A DNA stretch of 63,432 nt, filler included, from Asterionella formosa (taxonomy: Eukaryota), in assembly GCA_002256025.1 (NCBI GenBank). It is 16 parts of 16 records of this genome, joined end to end, with 100 filler letters (N's around TTAATTAATTAA, not from the genome) between each part and the next. Parts side by side here need not be neighbours in the genome. Positions count along the whole stretch, not along the records: positions 1 to 31,657 come from NKIB01000613.1; positions 31,758 to 33,779 come from NKIB01000616.1; positions 33,880 to 35,901 come from NKIB01000617.1; 13 more parts are not named here. One strand, written 5' to 3'. The notes beneath the pieces are model-generated. The model had not been told where the DNA came from. It saw nothing but the letters and a program-made list of their open reading frames with translations, and made no database searches. The position numbers and the translations under genes are program-made. This document shows, piece after piece, positions 22,897 through 36,001 of this stretch (positions are counted from its first letter, which is position 1; the number at the start of each line of letters is the position of its first letter).

Positions 22897-25179
22897 CTAT
22901 AGTGTCAGGCAAACCTCCGAGTAGCTATCGCAGCAATCAGTGCAGCATCCTTCTAGACAGCTTATAAGCGGAGCGACATCTGGGTTATCTGATCGGCAAT
23001 CGGCATCAATTTCCTTCAAACCTCTTGAACTACGGCGTTCGCAGACTTCAATCGGCATTGTGCCATTAAAATTGTTGAGCTGGAGCCAGAGGGTATCAAG
23101 TGTAGTGATATTACCCAATTGACTTGGGATGGTACCACTGAATTGGTTGCCCCGAATACGATAAAATGCCAAGTTGGTCAATTTGGCGATGCTCGAGCTG
23201 ATGGTTCCGGTCATGTTGCAGTCGTATACATCAAACCGGTTCAACTGAGCCATGTTGTAGAACTCCTCAGGGAAAGTTCCAGTTAGACTATTGAAATGAA
23301 TTCTCAAATCATTCATGTCTCGAAGTTTTCCAAATTCGGAAGGAATAGTACCAGAGTATAGATTTCGATGGATCCACATCTCTTGAACCTTTGTGAGGTT
23401 TCCAAGCTCGGTGGGGATCGTTCCGGTCATGAAGTTACGACCCCAACGCGTAAATGACAAAAACTTCAAGTCGCCAATTTCCGTTGGGATGGTACCATTG
23501 ATCATGTTTTCAAAAATGAAGAATCCCTTCATGGAACTTAGTGTACCAATCTCTGTTGAGAGCGTCCCCGTAAGCATATTTGCTCCAATATTGAGGCGCT
23601 GGATAGATTGTGACGAGTACCATGTTGCAGGAACTGAGCCAGTTAAAAAGTTATAGTGCAACTCAATATTGAGCAAATGTTTCATTGAAGCCAATTCAGT
23701 TGGAAGAGTACCGACTAACTCGTTCCAATTAAGTGTGATAGACTGCAAGTATGGCATAACAGCGATCTCAGTAGGGAAAGTTCCTCGTATTTTCAGCCCG
23801 GCTGGAGGGGATGTAAATAGAAATTTGAGGGATTAGAACAACAAAACGAGTGGCTACAAGTGCTTCAAAGGTATGGGATGAAAGAGACACTTACGAAGCT
23901 CAATGGCCCTGGTCTGGTTGTTTGCGTCACAAAAGACACCAGCCCAATCACATTCATGTTCTGATGTCAACCAACGGAACCAGGAAACATCTTCGTATAC
24001 CTCACGAGGGAAAACTTGAAGAAGTTTTTTGAATTGACAAGTATTATCTTCGCCCTCCATGGGCTTATTGCATGAGAGCCACGGCTGAATCTGGGTGGTG
24101 GATATATAGAAGAGCGCAAGGATGTAACGCTGTACAAAATTGTCAGCCTCAGGCGACAGTTCGGCAATATCTTCGTTTATAATCCAGTCCAAAGCCAGAG
24201 ACTGTGGCGAGTTGGGGTCAATCAGAAATTTCTCTCCAATGACCGAAGCGATCTGAGCTTGGATTCCGATGTTTTCTCGAACGGAAGTTGGCGCAAGAGT
24301 TGGTTGTGTCGCATTCCCCGAGAGAGTCACGGCGACAACTACTCCAACAACAATAACAATAAGTAGGATCAAAGCAATACAAGCATAAAGACGAACCCGG
24401 CGATTCTTACAAATCGGCGGCTTCGCACCTGGGTCGTACTCAATGGCCGCAGGAATGAATATCTCTTCCTCGTCCTCGTCCTCAGTAACAGCGACGGCTA
24501 CAGCAAGTCCTTGTTCGTATCCATGACCTCGCCCCCCGTTACTTCCGAATTCTAAATCAGGTTCGTTGATCCTACCTCGCGCAGTGGTAACTCTTTGAGG
24601 AGCAGACTCTTCAGTTTCCTTGTTCTTCTTCTCCTCTTTCTCATTTCCCTCCGGGCCACTGTTGAATTGTTGGTCGCCATCCATTTCGTCCCGATAGTCA
24701 GTTGACTTGACGACTGTAGTCGAACGACGAGTACCACGAACCTTGGCATTGATGCGGTTGTCCAATCGAGACACAATCTGGTCTTGGTCGTTGTGGTTGG
24801 CCGCCAGCATTCCACGAGAAACGTTGGTATTTCCAGACTGTTTCAAGGACACGGGAGTTTCCGACGTAGTCCTCCCATTGCGGAGGCTGACAGCCGCACC
24901 GCGATCCGGTTCATTGCTGTGAACTGAAGACGTGTCTCGTGGACATCTGGCAGGAGCGCCTGTGGAATTTGCAGCAGAAATGTCCGCTTCAAAGTCATTC
25001 AATGGCTGCCTGGTGGCCAGTGCTCTTCCCGGGTTCTGCTTTGCAGCAATACGTTCGTCGAGAATGTCGATTTCGGAGGTTCGGGCAGAATGAGCACCTG
25101 GTCTGCTGCTGTCGCTACTGGCATTAGATGTGTTCGGGAGTGCCGTACTCTTGGCAACTGATGCGTCTCGTGCCTCCAT
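22897..25179 (-). CDS. Type II membrane leucine-rich-repeat protein (2 exons: 25179-23895, 23801-22897)
   Basis: GTAAGT donor at 23894 and CAG acceptor at 23802 give a 93-bp phase-1 intron joining ...RAIEL-P-GLKIRGTFPTEI. Architecture: disordered N-terminus, TM helix, EC.WAGV.C cap, LxGTIPxEIGxL repeats and a Cys-rich ADC...CCTDCC end. Confidence 0.85.
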
Positions 25180-25190
25180 GATGGTGGACT

Positions 25191-25193
25191 CTG

Positions 25194-25247
<54 letters not shown>
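25191..25247. repeat. (CAG/CTG)n microsatellite, about 19 units, just upstream of the LRR start codon
   Basis: Read directly. It is not translated in the LRR frame: an upstream TAA precedes it and there is no ATG before 25179. Confidence 0.95.
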
Positions 25248-25249
<2 letters not shown>

Positions 25250-26639
25250 TCTTAGAGTCAGGTTCCCGCAGTTGTGTTTGTTGACCAATGATGAGAGTGA
25301 GAAGGATGGTTGTTGCTTTCACTGCAGTGCCTACATGTCCATATATTGCATATCTGTCGGGTTTTGGAAACAAAAGTGTGATATTTGCAAAAAGGCCCAG
25401 ATGGAAAAAGGTCATCCATGCAATCACGAATATGACACGAGAGAAAATGTCGGTACAGTATTCAACGCAACATTGTATTTATGCCGCGGTCACATTCGAG
25501 GGTATGTCTTTGTGCACAATCACGCTCTGGCAACAGTCAACATTAACACACACGGCAATGCAATGCAATGCAATCAAGCAACCAACAGGAGGCATGAATG
25601 TATTAACAAACACAAGCAAACAAGATGATTGCCACTCGTACCTCTCGATTGGAAGTTTCGACTCAACTGTTGCAACAAAAATCAAAGTGAAACGTCAATT
25701 TCTCCACTTGCTACTGATATTACAAAATAGCCAAAAATGGTGGAGTATACCGGTGTACCCAGTAAATGTTTCTGCTGCTGAAAAATAATGATAGGGCGGG
25801 CGGAAGAGCGATGGTTGTATAATTTACTACATACATATATATTACAGAAAAGGACACTCGACAAAGTCTACAAACCCTGATCGTGTACCTGTATATATGG
25901 ACGTACATAATTATTAACAAGCATACCATAGTACCCGTACCACTTCTGGTTGAAACAGATGAGAAAATGTCAAATATTTGTAAAGAAATATGACATACTG
26001 GTATACCAGTAGCTGATGCATACAATCCCACATAACAAATACCCGAATGTCATGTACCGGGATATTTTTACCGGTATATACATCAGCATCCCGAATGATC
26101 GCCAGGCCGGGACTGGCTACGGGTAGAATTTGTACCATTGAACCGTCCAGTAAATATTCAGTACTGGCAGTCAGTGTAAAATTGAACCGTCCAGTAAATA
26201 TTCAGTACCTGGTACTGGGGGGCAGTCAGTGTAAAAGCCCTTAAGGTAAAGCAACGAGGCAGGCTTGCACGACAAAAAAACATGATTCGATGTATGTTTT
26301 TATGATATATCGGTATACAATTATCCCATCGCGAAGAAAAGGTCATTCAGAAACGGAACGAAAAATGAGCATTCTTCAGTTGGAAACGAGACTTCTTTTT
26401 TTCAGATACCTGGTACCAGGTACCAGCTGTACATATATGTGCCGTATTAATGGTTTACAGTTTACAAACCAGTGTTGTAAATTTAAAACAATTACCTGTA
26501 AAGCGTGATACTGGGCAATATATGTTTTGAGATAGTTCCAGGGACCAGGTACCAGAAATATAGAAAATAATGACCAATTTTATAGCCCATTCGCACTCCC
26601 CTATTTCTAGGCAAGTATTCATTGTCATATCTGCCAACA

Positions 26640-26921
26640 TGACCTGTGCTTCCCTAGTTTTGTTAGCATAGGTGAGTCTCCAACCACCAATGATGAAAGG
26701 TGATTGTCTTAGCCACAGTCTGAGGGGAAACTCCAATAGTCTAGGAATGCAGCACAAGCTGCTTGTAGGGGGAGGGAGGAGCAACCCACTATTTTTTGCA
26801 CACCTGGTAAGGCTGTGTTGGAGTCAAACCCAACAATTGCTTCTCAAAACATAATTGCAGGAATTGAACCACACAACTTTAGATCAAAGGCAACATGCTC
26901 AACAATGCTAAGCCATTCCCT
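26640..26921 (-). mobile_element. Possible second tRNA-derived SINE family
   Basis: The minus strand starts AGGGAATGGCTTAGC (A-box) and has GGTTCAATTCC (B-box). The body is unrelated to the other SINEs and the 3' boundary is uncertain. Confidence 0.35.
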
Positions 26922-27189
26922 ACTTACCGGTCATACATGTACCTCATGTTGACCATCATGTAAATATCATTGGCAAATACCTCAGACCTATTTTCTGTAC
27001 TCATATAAAGATAGTAGAATACTACCGATCCCTACAAGAAACCTAGTATTACCTGTTTTTCATCGTGGTCATTTGGGCTGAAGGACGCGGACAGGCAGAG
27101 CTAAAACAAAAAAAATAGTCCGCATTGTAAAAAATATATTTCATGTCATATTGTGTTGATCCATGCTAGTATACATCAGTAAAAAAAGA

Positions 27190-29897
27190 CTAGTGGCGAA
27201 AAAGTTCGACACAATCGCCTTTAAAGGAGTCGCAACAACTTGTGCAGCACCCCACTTCGCAGGTAACAAGTGGTTCGACTGCAGGGTTGCCCGATCGGCA
27301 ATCCGCGTCAAGCCTGACCAACCCATCAGGACTTCGAAGTGCACAGACTGCACTAGGTACAGTACCAGCTATGTTATTGTGATTGATCCAGATAGCATTG
27401 ATGCTTGTAATGTTGGCCAATTCAGTTGGGATAGTACCACTGAGGTCGTTGTCACTAATACGGAAAATTGACAGATTCGACAGCTTACCAATTTGGGTGC
27501 TGATGGTCCCCGTCAAATTGCAGCCAAACGCGTCAAAACGGCTTAGCTGATTCATATTATAGCAAAGCTCAGGGATGGTCCCAGAAAAAAAGTTGCTATC
27601 TATTCGCAAGTCTTTCATGAATGCAAGATTCCCCAATTCGGAAGGGATTGCACCAGTAATCTGGTTGTCATAGATCCAGAGCTCTTCAAGCACGGCGAGC
27701 ATTCCAAGCTCGGTTGGAAGCGTCCCATGGATGACGTTGTGTCCCCAACGTGCATATGTCAAATACTGTAGCTTGCCGATTTCTGTGGGTATGGTGCCGT
27801 TAATCATGTTGTCAGCGAAGAAAAAACCGCTAAGGGAGGTGAGTTGGCCAATCGCTGTGTCTATCTGTCCTGTGAGATAATTTCCGGAAAAACTAATGCG
27901 ATCGAGGGCTTGAGAAGAGTACAATTCCTTGGGAATTACACCGGACAAGAAGTTGTATTGCAACTCAATGCTGACCAAATGTCTCATTTCAGCCAACTCT
28001 GATGGAATCTGGCCGTGGAGTTCGTTCCAGACTAAGTTTAGAGACTGCAAATATGTCAGTTTAGTGATAGCAATAGGAAGTGTTCCTTCGATTTGCTGTC
28101 CCGCTGGAAGTAGAAGACACAGTGTCAGAGTAGAAAAAGCATAACTCAATATACTCTCGCAAATGCGACAGTTTCCTTACAAAGTTCAATGGATCTAGTA
28201 TAGTTGTTATCGTCACACCCGACACCAGCCCAAGTGCACTCATGTTCTTCAGACACCCAACGATTCCATTCTACGTCTTCGTAGGTCTCATTAGGAAAGG
28301 TTTGAACAAGTGCTTTGAAAATACAGGAAGAACTTTCGCCTTCCTTGGGCCGGTTGCACGAAAGCCATGGCTTCACCTGCGTTGTGGAAATGTAGAAGAC
28401 GACCATGAGATAGCGCTGAATAAGGTTTTCGGCTTCCGGCGGAAGCTTGGCTGGATCCTCGTTAATGATCCAATCCATAGCAAGATATTGGGAGGAGTTG
28501 GGGTCGCTGAGTGCACCCTCTCCAACCACAGCAATGATCTGATCTTGTATTTGGAGGGTTTCACGCAGAGTGGTAGGAGTAAGCGTAGGCTGCTGTGGCT
28601 GCTGCTCGCTGCCGCCCGAATAAATCACACCGACAGCGACCCCAATCGTTACAACAACTAATAGGATCAACGACACAAAACCACAAAGAAGAGTCCGATG
28701 GTTTCTGTAAAGATGCTTCTTGGCATAGGCGTCATACTCGATTGCAGCAGGAATTTCCGATTTTTCCTCGTCGTCTTCCAGGACTGCTTTGGCGATAGCA
28801 AGTTCCTCGTGTTGGCATGTTCCGCATTCGACATCGTTTTGATTGATTTCGCTATCATCGTTATTAATAGCAGATCGATCATGCTCCTCTATGCATCCCT
28901 TTTTGTCAACAACTGGAGCCCCATTTATCGTGCGGTTGGTATGTGTACCGTTCCAGGTGCTAGATTCCTCTACGGGGTCCTTACTGATAGCACGAACACC
29001 TCGAATCTTGGCATCGATGCGTTCGTCCAAACGGGAGACACCATTACTGTTGTTTGAATTGATACTACGAGATGGCGTTAGTTCCGGGAAGGAACTCGGC
29101 TGGGACATGGAGGACATTGATGATGTGGATGCGATACTGTGAGCACGACTTCCCTTGACACGGGCCTTCGCAGCGACCTTTTCTTCCATTGATGCCAATT
29201 GACCGGAAAAAGTAGTTGTAGATGCAGAATGTGCAGACGTGGCGTCGCTACCACCAAAACTAGAAGGAACAAAGCCAGAAATTTTGGCAGCGATGCGCTT
29301 GTCCAAACTATCTACCTGATTCTCCCCAATAGACTGGATTCCATTGGCAAGACGATCACGACGCCGGGCAATGGAGTTGTCACGAACATGTGAGTCGCGA
29401 GCGTCAGCTTTGACATGCTTTTGAACGAGGCCCAGTCCTGAGCTCGCTGGTTCACTACAGCGAAACGATGACTTGACAGCAATTCGTGCATCCAGGCGAG
29501 CAGCCTCGTCCCTGCCGATGGCGATAGCTCCTGGGGTGGTAGCAGGGGAAGGGGTGCCACAATCTTTTGACATTGTTACAGAGTCAGCTTTCGCCTCATT
29601 CTTCAATGCTTGTTTCCTGGAAGATGAGCCTTTTGTTCCCAACAAACGTCCCTGATTTAGCTTAAGGGCAATGCGTTGATCCAAGCTAACAGCTGGAGCC
29701 CCACTAACGCTTTGAGCACCTGGGGAGATAGCATTGGTGGGATAAAACATGTTGACCTTCCTTGCAATACGCTTGTCAAGCTTTGTCGCTTCATCGTTTC
29801 CAACTGATTGAGCACCTACTGTTCCCGTGCCGAATTGACTGTAGTGGGTCTTGCTTTTGGCGAGAACTTCTAGTTCTTTCATTGTTTCTGATTTCAT
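27190..29897 (-). CDS. Type II membrane leucine-rich-repeat protein, tandem paralog (2 exons: 29897-28181, 28103-27190)
   Basis: GTAAGG donor at 28180 and CAG acceptor at 28104 give a 77-bp intron at the same position and phase as in the paralog (...RSIEL-S-GQQIEGTLP). Same TM, cap, LRR and C-terminal Cys motif. Confidence 0.85.
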
Positions 29898-30543
29898 TGT
29901 TTCTGATATAGATTTGGCAAACTGAAACGGCTTCTTGCGTCGTTGTTCTCGCGAAGTTCTGAAATTTATGAGATGTTGCGGATTTGGATGAAACTGAGAC
30001 AGTCAGGGTTCCCGGCAAAACTACCAAAGTGTGTAAGAATGCCAGAATGTTTTTTACTGGCATTCTCCGGTGCAAATAACTGATGAGAGTCAATAAATGA
30101 GCGTCTCTTTTCGCGTTGTCGCAAGTCATTTCACATCAAAAGGCAATCGCACGCATGCCCTCTCTGTGGTCTGAAAGCCCAATGAGCATGTAGCCCTCCC
30201 GGAAGGACACAAACAAAATCAGCCGGAAAGCAACTGTAACATAGTCGGGAGCATCGCATCGAAATCCATTCTTTCGATTGGTGAGGTGCTCAGGAGGATG
30301 AAACAATAATCGCGTCAAGCAGGATGAGTAAACACGATTTCGAAACGCGAGGCGGCATGGTCTATAGTTTGTTTTTCTAGAACCAATGTTCGTTACTGTC
30401 CAGCATGGCATACCCATGGAGTGAATGACCGCAGTACCGGTAATAGAGCATAAAATCATTATGATATACAGTAGACATTATGATATTAGAGGTACTGGCA
30501 TTACTACATTTATATGTGTATAAGTAATTTCTAGTACAAGAAT

Positions 30544-30913
30544 TGTTTGATTGAGAATATCACAGATCTTAGTTGAAGATCTACACTTTACAATGTTGCG
30601 ACCTATTCGTTCATAGTCTATCTGATCTTATTCTTTCATGAATATACTCAAGTAATCCCAAACAAAACATCTCATACTTTCCTTGATCAGCATGTCAATA
30701 AGATTTTGCTTGCTAATACAATAAGTAAGCATCTCAATTCAGATGACAATAAATGTGCATCTCAATTCACATGATGACCATAAATAAGCATCTCAGTTCA
30801 TTGCAACATTTAGACATTGCATGTCTTGGTTTCTAATTAATAAAAATTTCGATCCTCGACTCGTAGGATTCCATATATTGCATCATTGGTATTTTATATA
30901 AAGATAGTAAACA
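30544..30913 (-). mobile_element. Probable solo LTR (family shared with 55148-55642)
   Basis: TGTTT...AAACA ends; colinear similarity to 55148-55642; internal CAATAA(G/A)T..GCATCTCA repeats. No clean TSD. Confidence 0.5.
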
Positions 30914-31036
30914 AAATAAAACCGCTAAATATACTATAGTAGCTATAAGCATTATAGTACCGGTAGAGTATGAGATGCTCATCGATTGGTAAACTACAGT
31001 ACTGGTACCGGTATACTGGTGAGAACTGGTACCTGG

Positions 31037-31400
31037 TGAAGTATCTAACTAGAAGTAGTAGTATTTGTTGAATATATGAGCTTATTTGTTAATCCTTGTG
31101 TGTAACTCGTTCTCCAAGTCGACACCAAAGTATACAATGAGGGTTAGTCGAGTTCTCTCATTATTGAGTTCTGATACATATATGATATAACACTAACCCT
31201 ATATACATCTGTATTGATGCGCAAGATCGCTCACTCTCCCACACCAAGGGAAAACCTTTTACCTTTGAAAAGGTTTGATGTAATGGATATTAATTCGTTC
31301 CGTTGTATGCATAGTTTGTTGAAAAGTAACTGTACCATAGGATTCGATAGTGATGTAGGAATAACAATACGTCAAGTATCTCCTGGATTCTTTACAAAAT
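31037..31400 (-). mobile_element. Ty3/Gypsy 3' end: degenerate integrase C-terminus, PPT and 3' LTR (31037-31233)
   Basis: The minus strand reads YGTVTFQQTMHTTERINIHYIKPFQR*, then GTGTGGGAGAG (PPT) and the TG...CA LTR. Outer flank is CCTGG (31032-31036). Confidence 0.75.
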
Positions 31401-31657
31401 ACATGAAATGTATATGATGAAAATTGATAGAGGGAAAATTTAACAGATGTGTTTGGTTTGTTGATTGAGAATGAGATGAGTTGTTTGATTGAGAATCAAT
31501 TGTATATCCAGCAATTGTCTATCATGTATTGAGTAATATTCCAGAGGATATTGAATATTGTCTGCCAAAATTGGATGATTGAGGGAACAGGTAAACAAAG
31601 GTTCATCATCTACTTCAATTGAGAAAGTAGAAATGGATGTTGATGCTGAAGATTTCG

Positions 31658-31757
31658 NNNNNNNNNNNNNNNNNNNNNNNNNNNNNNNNNNNNNNNNNNN
31701 NTTAATTAATTAANNNNNNNNNNNNNNNNNNNNNNNNNNNNNNNNNNNNNNNNNNNN
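31658..31757. other. Artificial contig linker N44-TTAATTAATTAA-N44, recurring about every 2.1 kb to the end of the window
   Basis: Identical 100-bp spacer with stops in all six frames. The joined contigs decrease from 2022 to about 2013 bp. Confidence 0.98.
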
Positions 31758-33779
31758 ACTGTCCCCAGTTGGTACCAGGGCACCGCTCTCCTCCGTCCCC
31801 ACTGCCAAGTCATCAATGAAGATGTTGAACAGTATAGGCGAAAGAGGGCAACCCTGCCGCACACCTCGCAACAGTCTGCAGGGGTCCGAGTACAGGGCAG
31901 TCAAGCCACCCCCCACTCGTACCCTGATTGTACTGCTGCGATAAAGGGCACGTAGAAAAGCAAGGCAACGTCCCCTGATCCCAAACCTGGATAGTTTCGC
32001 AAAGAGCGCCTCGTGGGGCACCGTATCATATGCCTTCTTGAGGTCTACGAATACCACGTAGGTCGGCTCTCCCACTATCCTCCGGCGTTGTATGATTTCC
32101 ATGACACAGGCTACCTGGGTTACACATTCCTCTCTCTGGCGAAAGCCAGCCTGGGCTCGGCTAAACAGCCCTCGAGATTCCGCTTCCACATTTATCCTGG
32201 TACCAAGGATCACACACACCACCTTGAGGACAGTGGCCATGAGCGAAATCCCCCGATAGTTGTTCATATCAGCCAAGTCCCCTTTCTTAGGTATTGAGAC
32301 GACCAGTGACTCAGCCCACGACTGGGCCACCAGTCCCCTCTCATACGCAAAGTTGAGTAGGGTTCCTAGTGAGTCCGTCATTGGAGCGGATGGTGGCGGG
32401 GCGGGCTCCTCTTCCCGATAGTTTTGAAGGTGGGAAAGTAGGGCCCGTTCCTCCGCCAAACATGCCTGTAGCAGTTCAGTGGGTATCCCGTCACCGCCCG
32501 GAGCACGATGGCTCTTCATCTTCCTCAGGGCAGTCCAAATATCGGAGGTTGTGAAGGGTTCGTCCAGCGAACGGATCCCCTCATTTGCCTGTGGGTGCGG
32601 GTCAAATTTCTCCCAATATTGGGCCTCCTGGCTATGACCGGTTTCATCTGCTGCTAGAGAGGCATAGTGCGCTCCCCAGGCCTGATGAATATCAGTCAAA
32701 GCTGTCAGCAGGCGTCCGTCCGGGCCAAGGACCGGTTGGACACCTGCGATGCTGCTCTTCTGGCGCCATCCTGCAGTCGCTGAGGCCCACCGCCAATAGT
32801 GGCGAGGTTTCTCGCGCATATTGACGTGCGCCTCCCTAATTGCCTTATACCATGCCCGCCTACCCGAGAGGCGGATCACCTTCCGCGCCCTCTCTTTGGC
32901 AGCCTTGTACATGTCCCCAAGCCGTGCTACATCTTCACGGTCTCCTCGCGACTCCGCCCTCCGGGTTTCCCGGAAGATCCTCCTTCGGGTCTCAATCGCC
33001 CGACGTACCTGTCCTGTCACTCTTGGTGGGTTTTGTCCCGCCACCCGTTGGTGGAGGTTCAGGTCCTCTGCCACCTGGTGACATGTTGTAGTGAACTTCT
33101 TGGCCATACCATCCAACCTTTCCTGGTGGTAACTGGTGGGGTTTTCGAGTGAATGTGAACACTCGATTACATCCTCCAGGTCCTCCTCCAGCGAGTCAGC
33201 TAGTGGCTGCCAATAATTACTACTAGCCACGGTTACTTTGAGTTCCTTCTTCTCCATCACAATCCGCCGGTACAGTGATTCCGGCCGTGGTGGGGCAATC
33301 CCCATCTCTGGGATTCTGGTAAGCCCAGGTAGGTCCGCAACAACTGGGAAGTGGTCCGAAATATCCCATGTGTCGAGGACCCTGGCAGGGGGGACAGCCG
33401 CCACTGTGTCACCACAATATGTGATGAAATCAATGGCAGGTGTTGGCTGTCCCTCCCGCCGGCTTTGGCGAGTGGAGGCCCCCCCTCGGATGGGTAACAC
33501 CCGAAAGGGAAGCCGCCACGGTCCCATCAGAATCTGCAACTCCGTCATCTTCATGTTGAAGTCTCCCATCATCACAATGGGATCTTCTGGAAACTCCCGA
33601 TGTAGAGCGTCCAAGGCTCGGGGCAGGGCCCTGAGCACTCGGATGCGATCCGCTCTGCATGGGACATAGATTGTTCCCACAAGAATAGGCCTCAAGAGCG
33701 TGGCCCCATAGACTCTCGCAAAAGTCCAAAATGGTGTGGCCTTACCAACTGGGGTACAGTTGAATTTGGTCGACACCAG
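31758..33779 (-). mobile_element. Non-LTR retrotransposon (LINE) ORF fragment: AP endonuclease C-half plus RT N-half, open throughout
   Basis: APE motifs MMGDFN, IDFI, SDHFPV. RT motifs APGGDG, IPKKGD, NYRGISL, QAGFR, FVDLKKAYD, GVRQGCPLSPILFNIFIDDL. Confidence 0.95.
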
Positions 33780-33879
33780 NNNNNNNNNNNNNNNNNNNNN
33801 NNNNNNNNNNNNNNNNNNNNNNNTTAATTAATTAANNNNNNNNNNNNNNNNNNNNNNNNNNNNNNNNNNNNNNNNNNNN

Positions 33880-35901
33880 ACTGTCCCCAGTTGGTACCAG
33901 GGCACCGCTCTCCTCCGTCCCCACTGCCAAGTCATCAATGAAGATGTTGAACAGTATAGGCGAAAGAGGGCAACCCTGCCGCACACCTCGCAACAGTCTG
34001 CAGGGGTCCGAGTACAGGGCAGTCAAGCCACCCCCCACTCGTACCCTGATTGTACTGCTGCGATAAAGGGCACGTAGAAAAGCAAGGCAACGTCCCCTGA
34101 TCCCAAACCGGGATAGTTTCGCAAAGAGCGCCTCGTGGGGCACCGTATCATATGCCTTCTTGAGGTCTACGAATACCACTTAGGTCGGCTCTCCCACTAT
34201 CCTCTGGCGTTGTATGATTTCCATGACACAGGCTACCTGGGTTACACATTCCTCTCTCTGGCGAAAGCCAGCCTGGGCTCGGCTAAACAGCCCTCGAGAT
34301 TCCGCTTCCACATTTATCCTGGTACCAAGGATCACACACACCACCTTGAGGACAGTGGCCATGAGCGAAATCCCCCGATAGTTGTTCATATCAGCCAAGT
34401 CCCCTTTCTTCGGTATTGAGACGACCAGTGACTCAGCCCACGACTGGGCCACCAGTCCCCTCTCATACGCAAAGTTGAGTAGGGTTCCTAGTGAGTCCGT
34501 CATTGGAGCGGATGGTGGCGGGGCGGGCTCCTCTTCCCGATAGTTTTGAAGGTGGGAAAGTAGGGCCCGTTCCTCCGCCAAACATGCCTGTAGCAGTTCA
34601 GTGGGTATCCCGTCACCGCCCGGAGCACGATGGCTCTTCATCTTCCTCAGGGCAGTCCAAATATCGGAGGTTGTGAAGGGTTCGTCCAGCGAACGGATCC
34701 CCTCATTTGCCTGTGGGTGCGGGTCAAATTTCTCCCAATATTGGGCCTCCTGGCTATGACCGGTTTCATCTGCTGCTAGAGAGGCATAGTGCGCTCCCCA
34801 GGCCTGATGAATATCAGTCAAAGCTGTCAGCAGGCGTCCGTCCGGGCCAAGGACCGGTTGGACACCTGCGATGCTGCTCTTCTGGCGCCATCCTGCAGTC
34901 GCTGAGGCCCACCGCCAATAGTGGCGAGGTTTCTCGCGCATATTGACGTGAGCCTCCCTAATTGCCTTATACCATGCCCGCCTACCCGAGAGGCGGATCA
35001 CCTTCCGCGCCCTCTCTTTGGCAGCCTTGTACATGTCCCCAAGCCGTGCTACATCTTCACGGTCTCCTCGCGACTCCGCCCTCCGGGTTTCCCGGAAAAT
35101 CCTCCTTCGGGTCTCAATCGCCCGACGTACCTGTCCTGTCACTCTTGGTGGGTTTTGTCCCGCCACCCGTTGGTGGAGGTTCAGGTCCTCTGCCACCTGG
35201 TGACATGTTGTAGTGAACTTCTTGGCCATACCATCCAACCTTTCCTGGTGGTAACCGGTGGGGTTTTCGAGTGAATGTGAACACTCGATTACATCCTCCA
35301 GGTCCTCCTCCAGCGAGTCAGCTAGTGGCTGCCAATAGTTACTACTAGCCACGGTTACTTTGAGCTCCTTCTCCTCCATCACAATCCGCCGGTACAGTGA
35401 TTCCGGCCGTGGTGGGGCAATCCCCATCTCTGGGATTCTGGTAAGCCCAGGTAGGTCCGCAACAACTGGGAAGTGGTCCGAAATATCCCATGTGTCGAGG
35501 ACCCTGGCAGGGGGGACAGCCGCCACTGTGTCACCACAATATGTGATGAAATCAATGGCAGGTGTTGGCTGTCCCTCCCGCCGGCTTTGGCGAGTGGAGG
35601 CCCCCCCTCGGATGGGTAACACCCGAAAGGGAAGCCGCCACGGTCCCATCAGAATCTGCAACTCCGTCATCTTCATGTTGAAGTCTCCCATCATCACAAT
35701 GGGATCTTCTGGAAACTCCCGATGTAGAGCGTCCAAGGCTCGGGGCAGGGCCCTGAGCACTCGGATGCGATCCGCTCTGCATGGGACATAGATTGTTCCC
35801 ACAAGAATAGGCCTCAAGAGCGTGGCCCCATAGACTCTCGCAAAAGTCCAAAATGGTGTGGCCTTACCAACTGGGGTACAGTTGAATTTGGTCGACACCA
35901 G
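33880..35901 (-). pseudogene. Second near-identical LINE copy with a premature stop in RT
   Basis: Same 2022-bp boundaries as 31758-33779 with scattered SNPs; TAC>TAA at 34180-34182 (GEPT*VVFVD). Confidence 0.9.
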
Positions 35902-36001
35902 NNNNNNNNNNNNNNNNNNNNNNNNNNNNNNNNNNNNNNNNNNNNTTAATTAATTAANNNNNNNNNNNNNNNNNNNNNNNNNNNNNNNNNNNNNNNNNNN
36001 N

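Noticed and set aside
24999..25628. Poly-Q and poly-L ORFs
   Set aside because: They are translations of the CAG microsatellite with no other coding signal.
32013..33729. Antisense and alternate-frame ORFs over the LINE and over host genes
   Set aside because: Shadow ORFs of GC-rich coding sequence.
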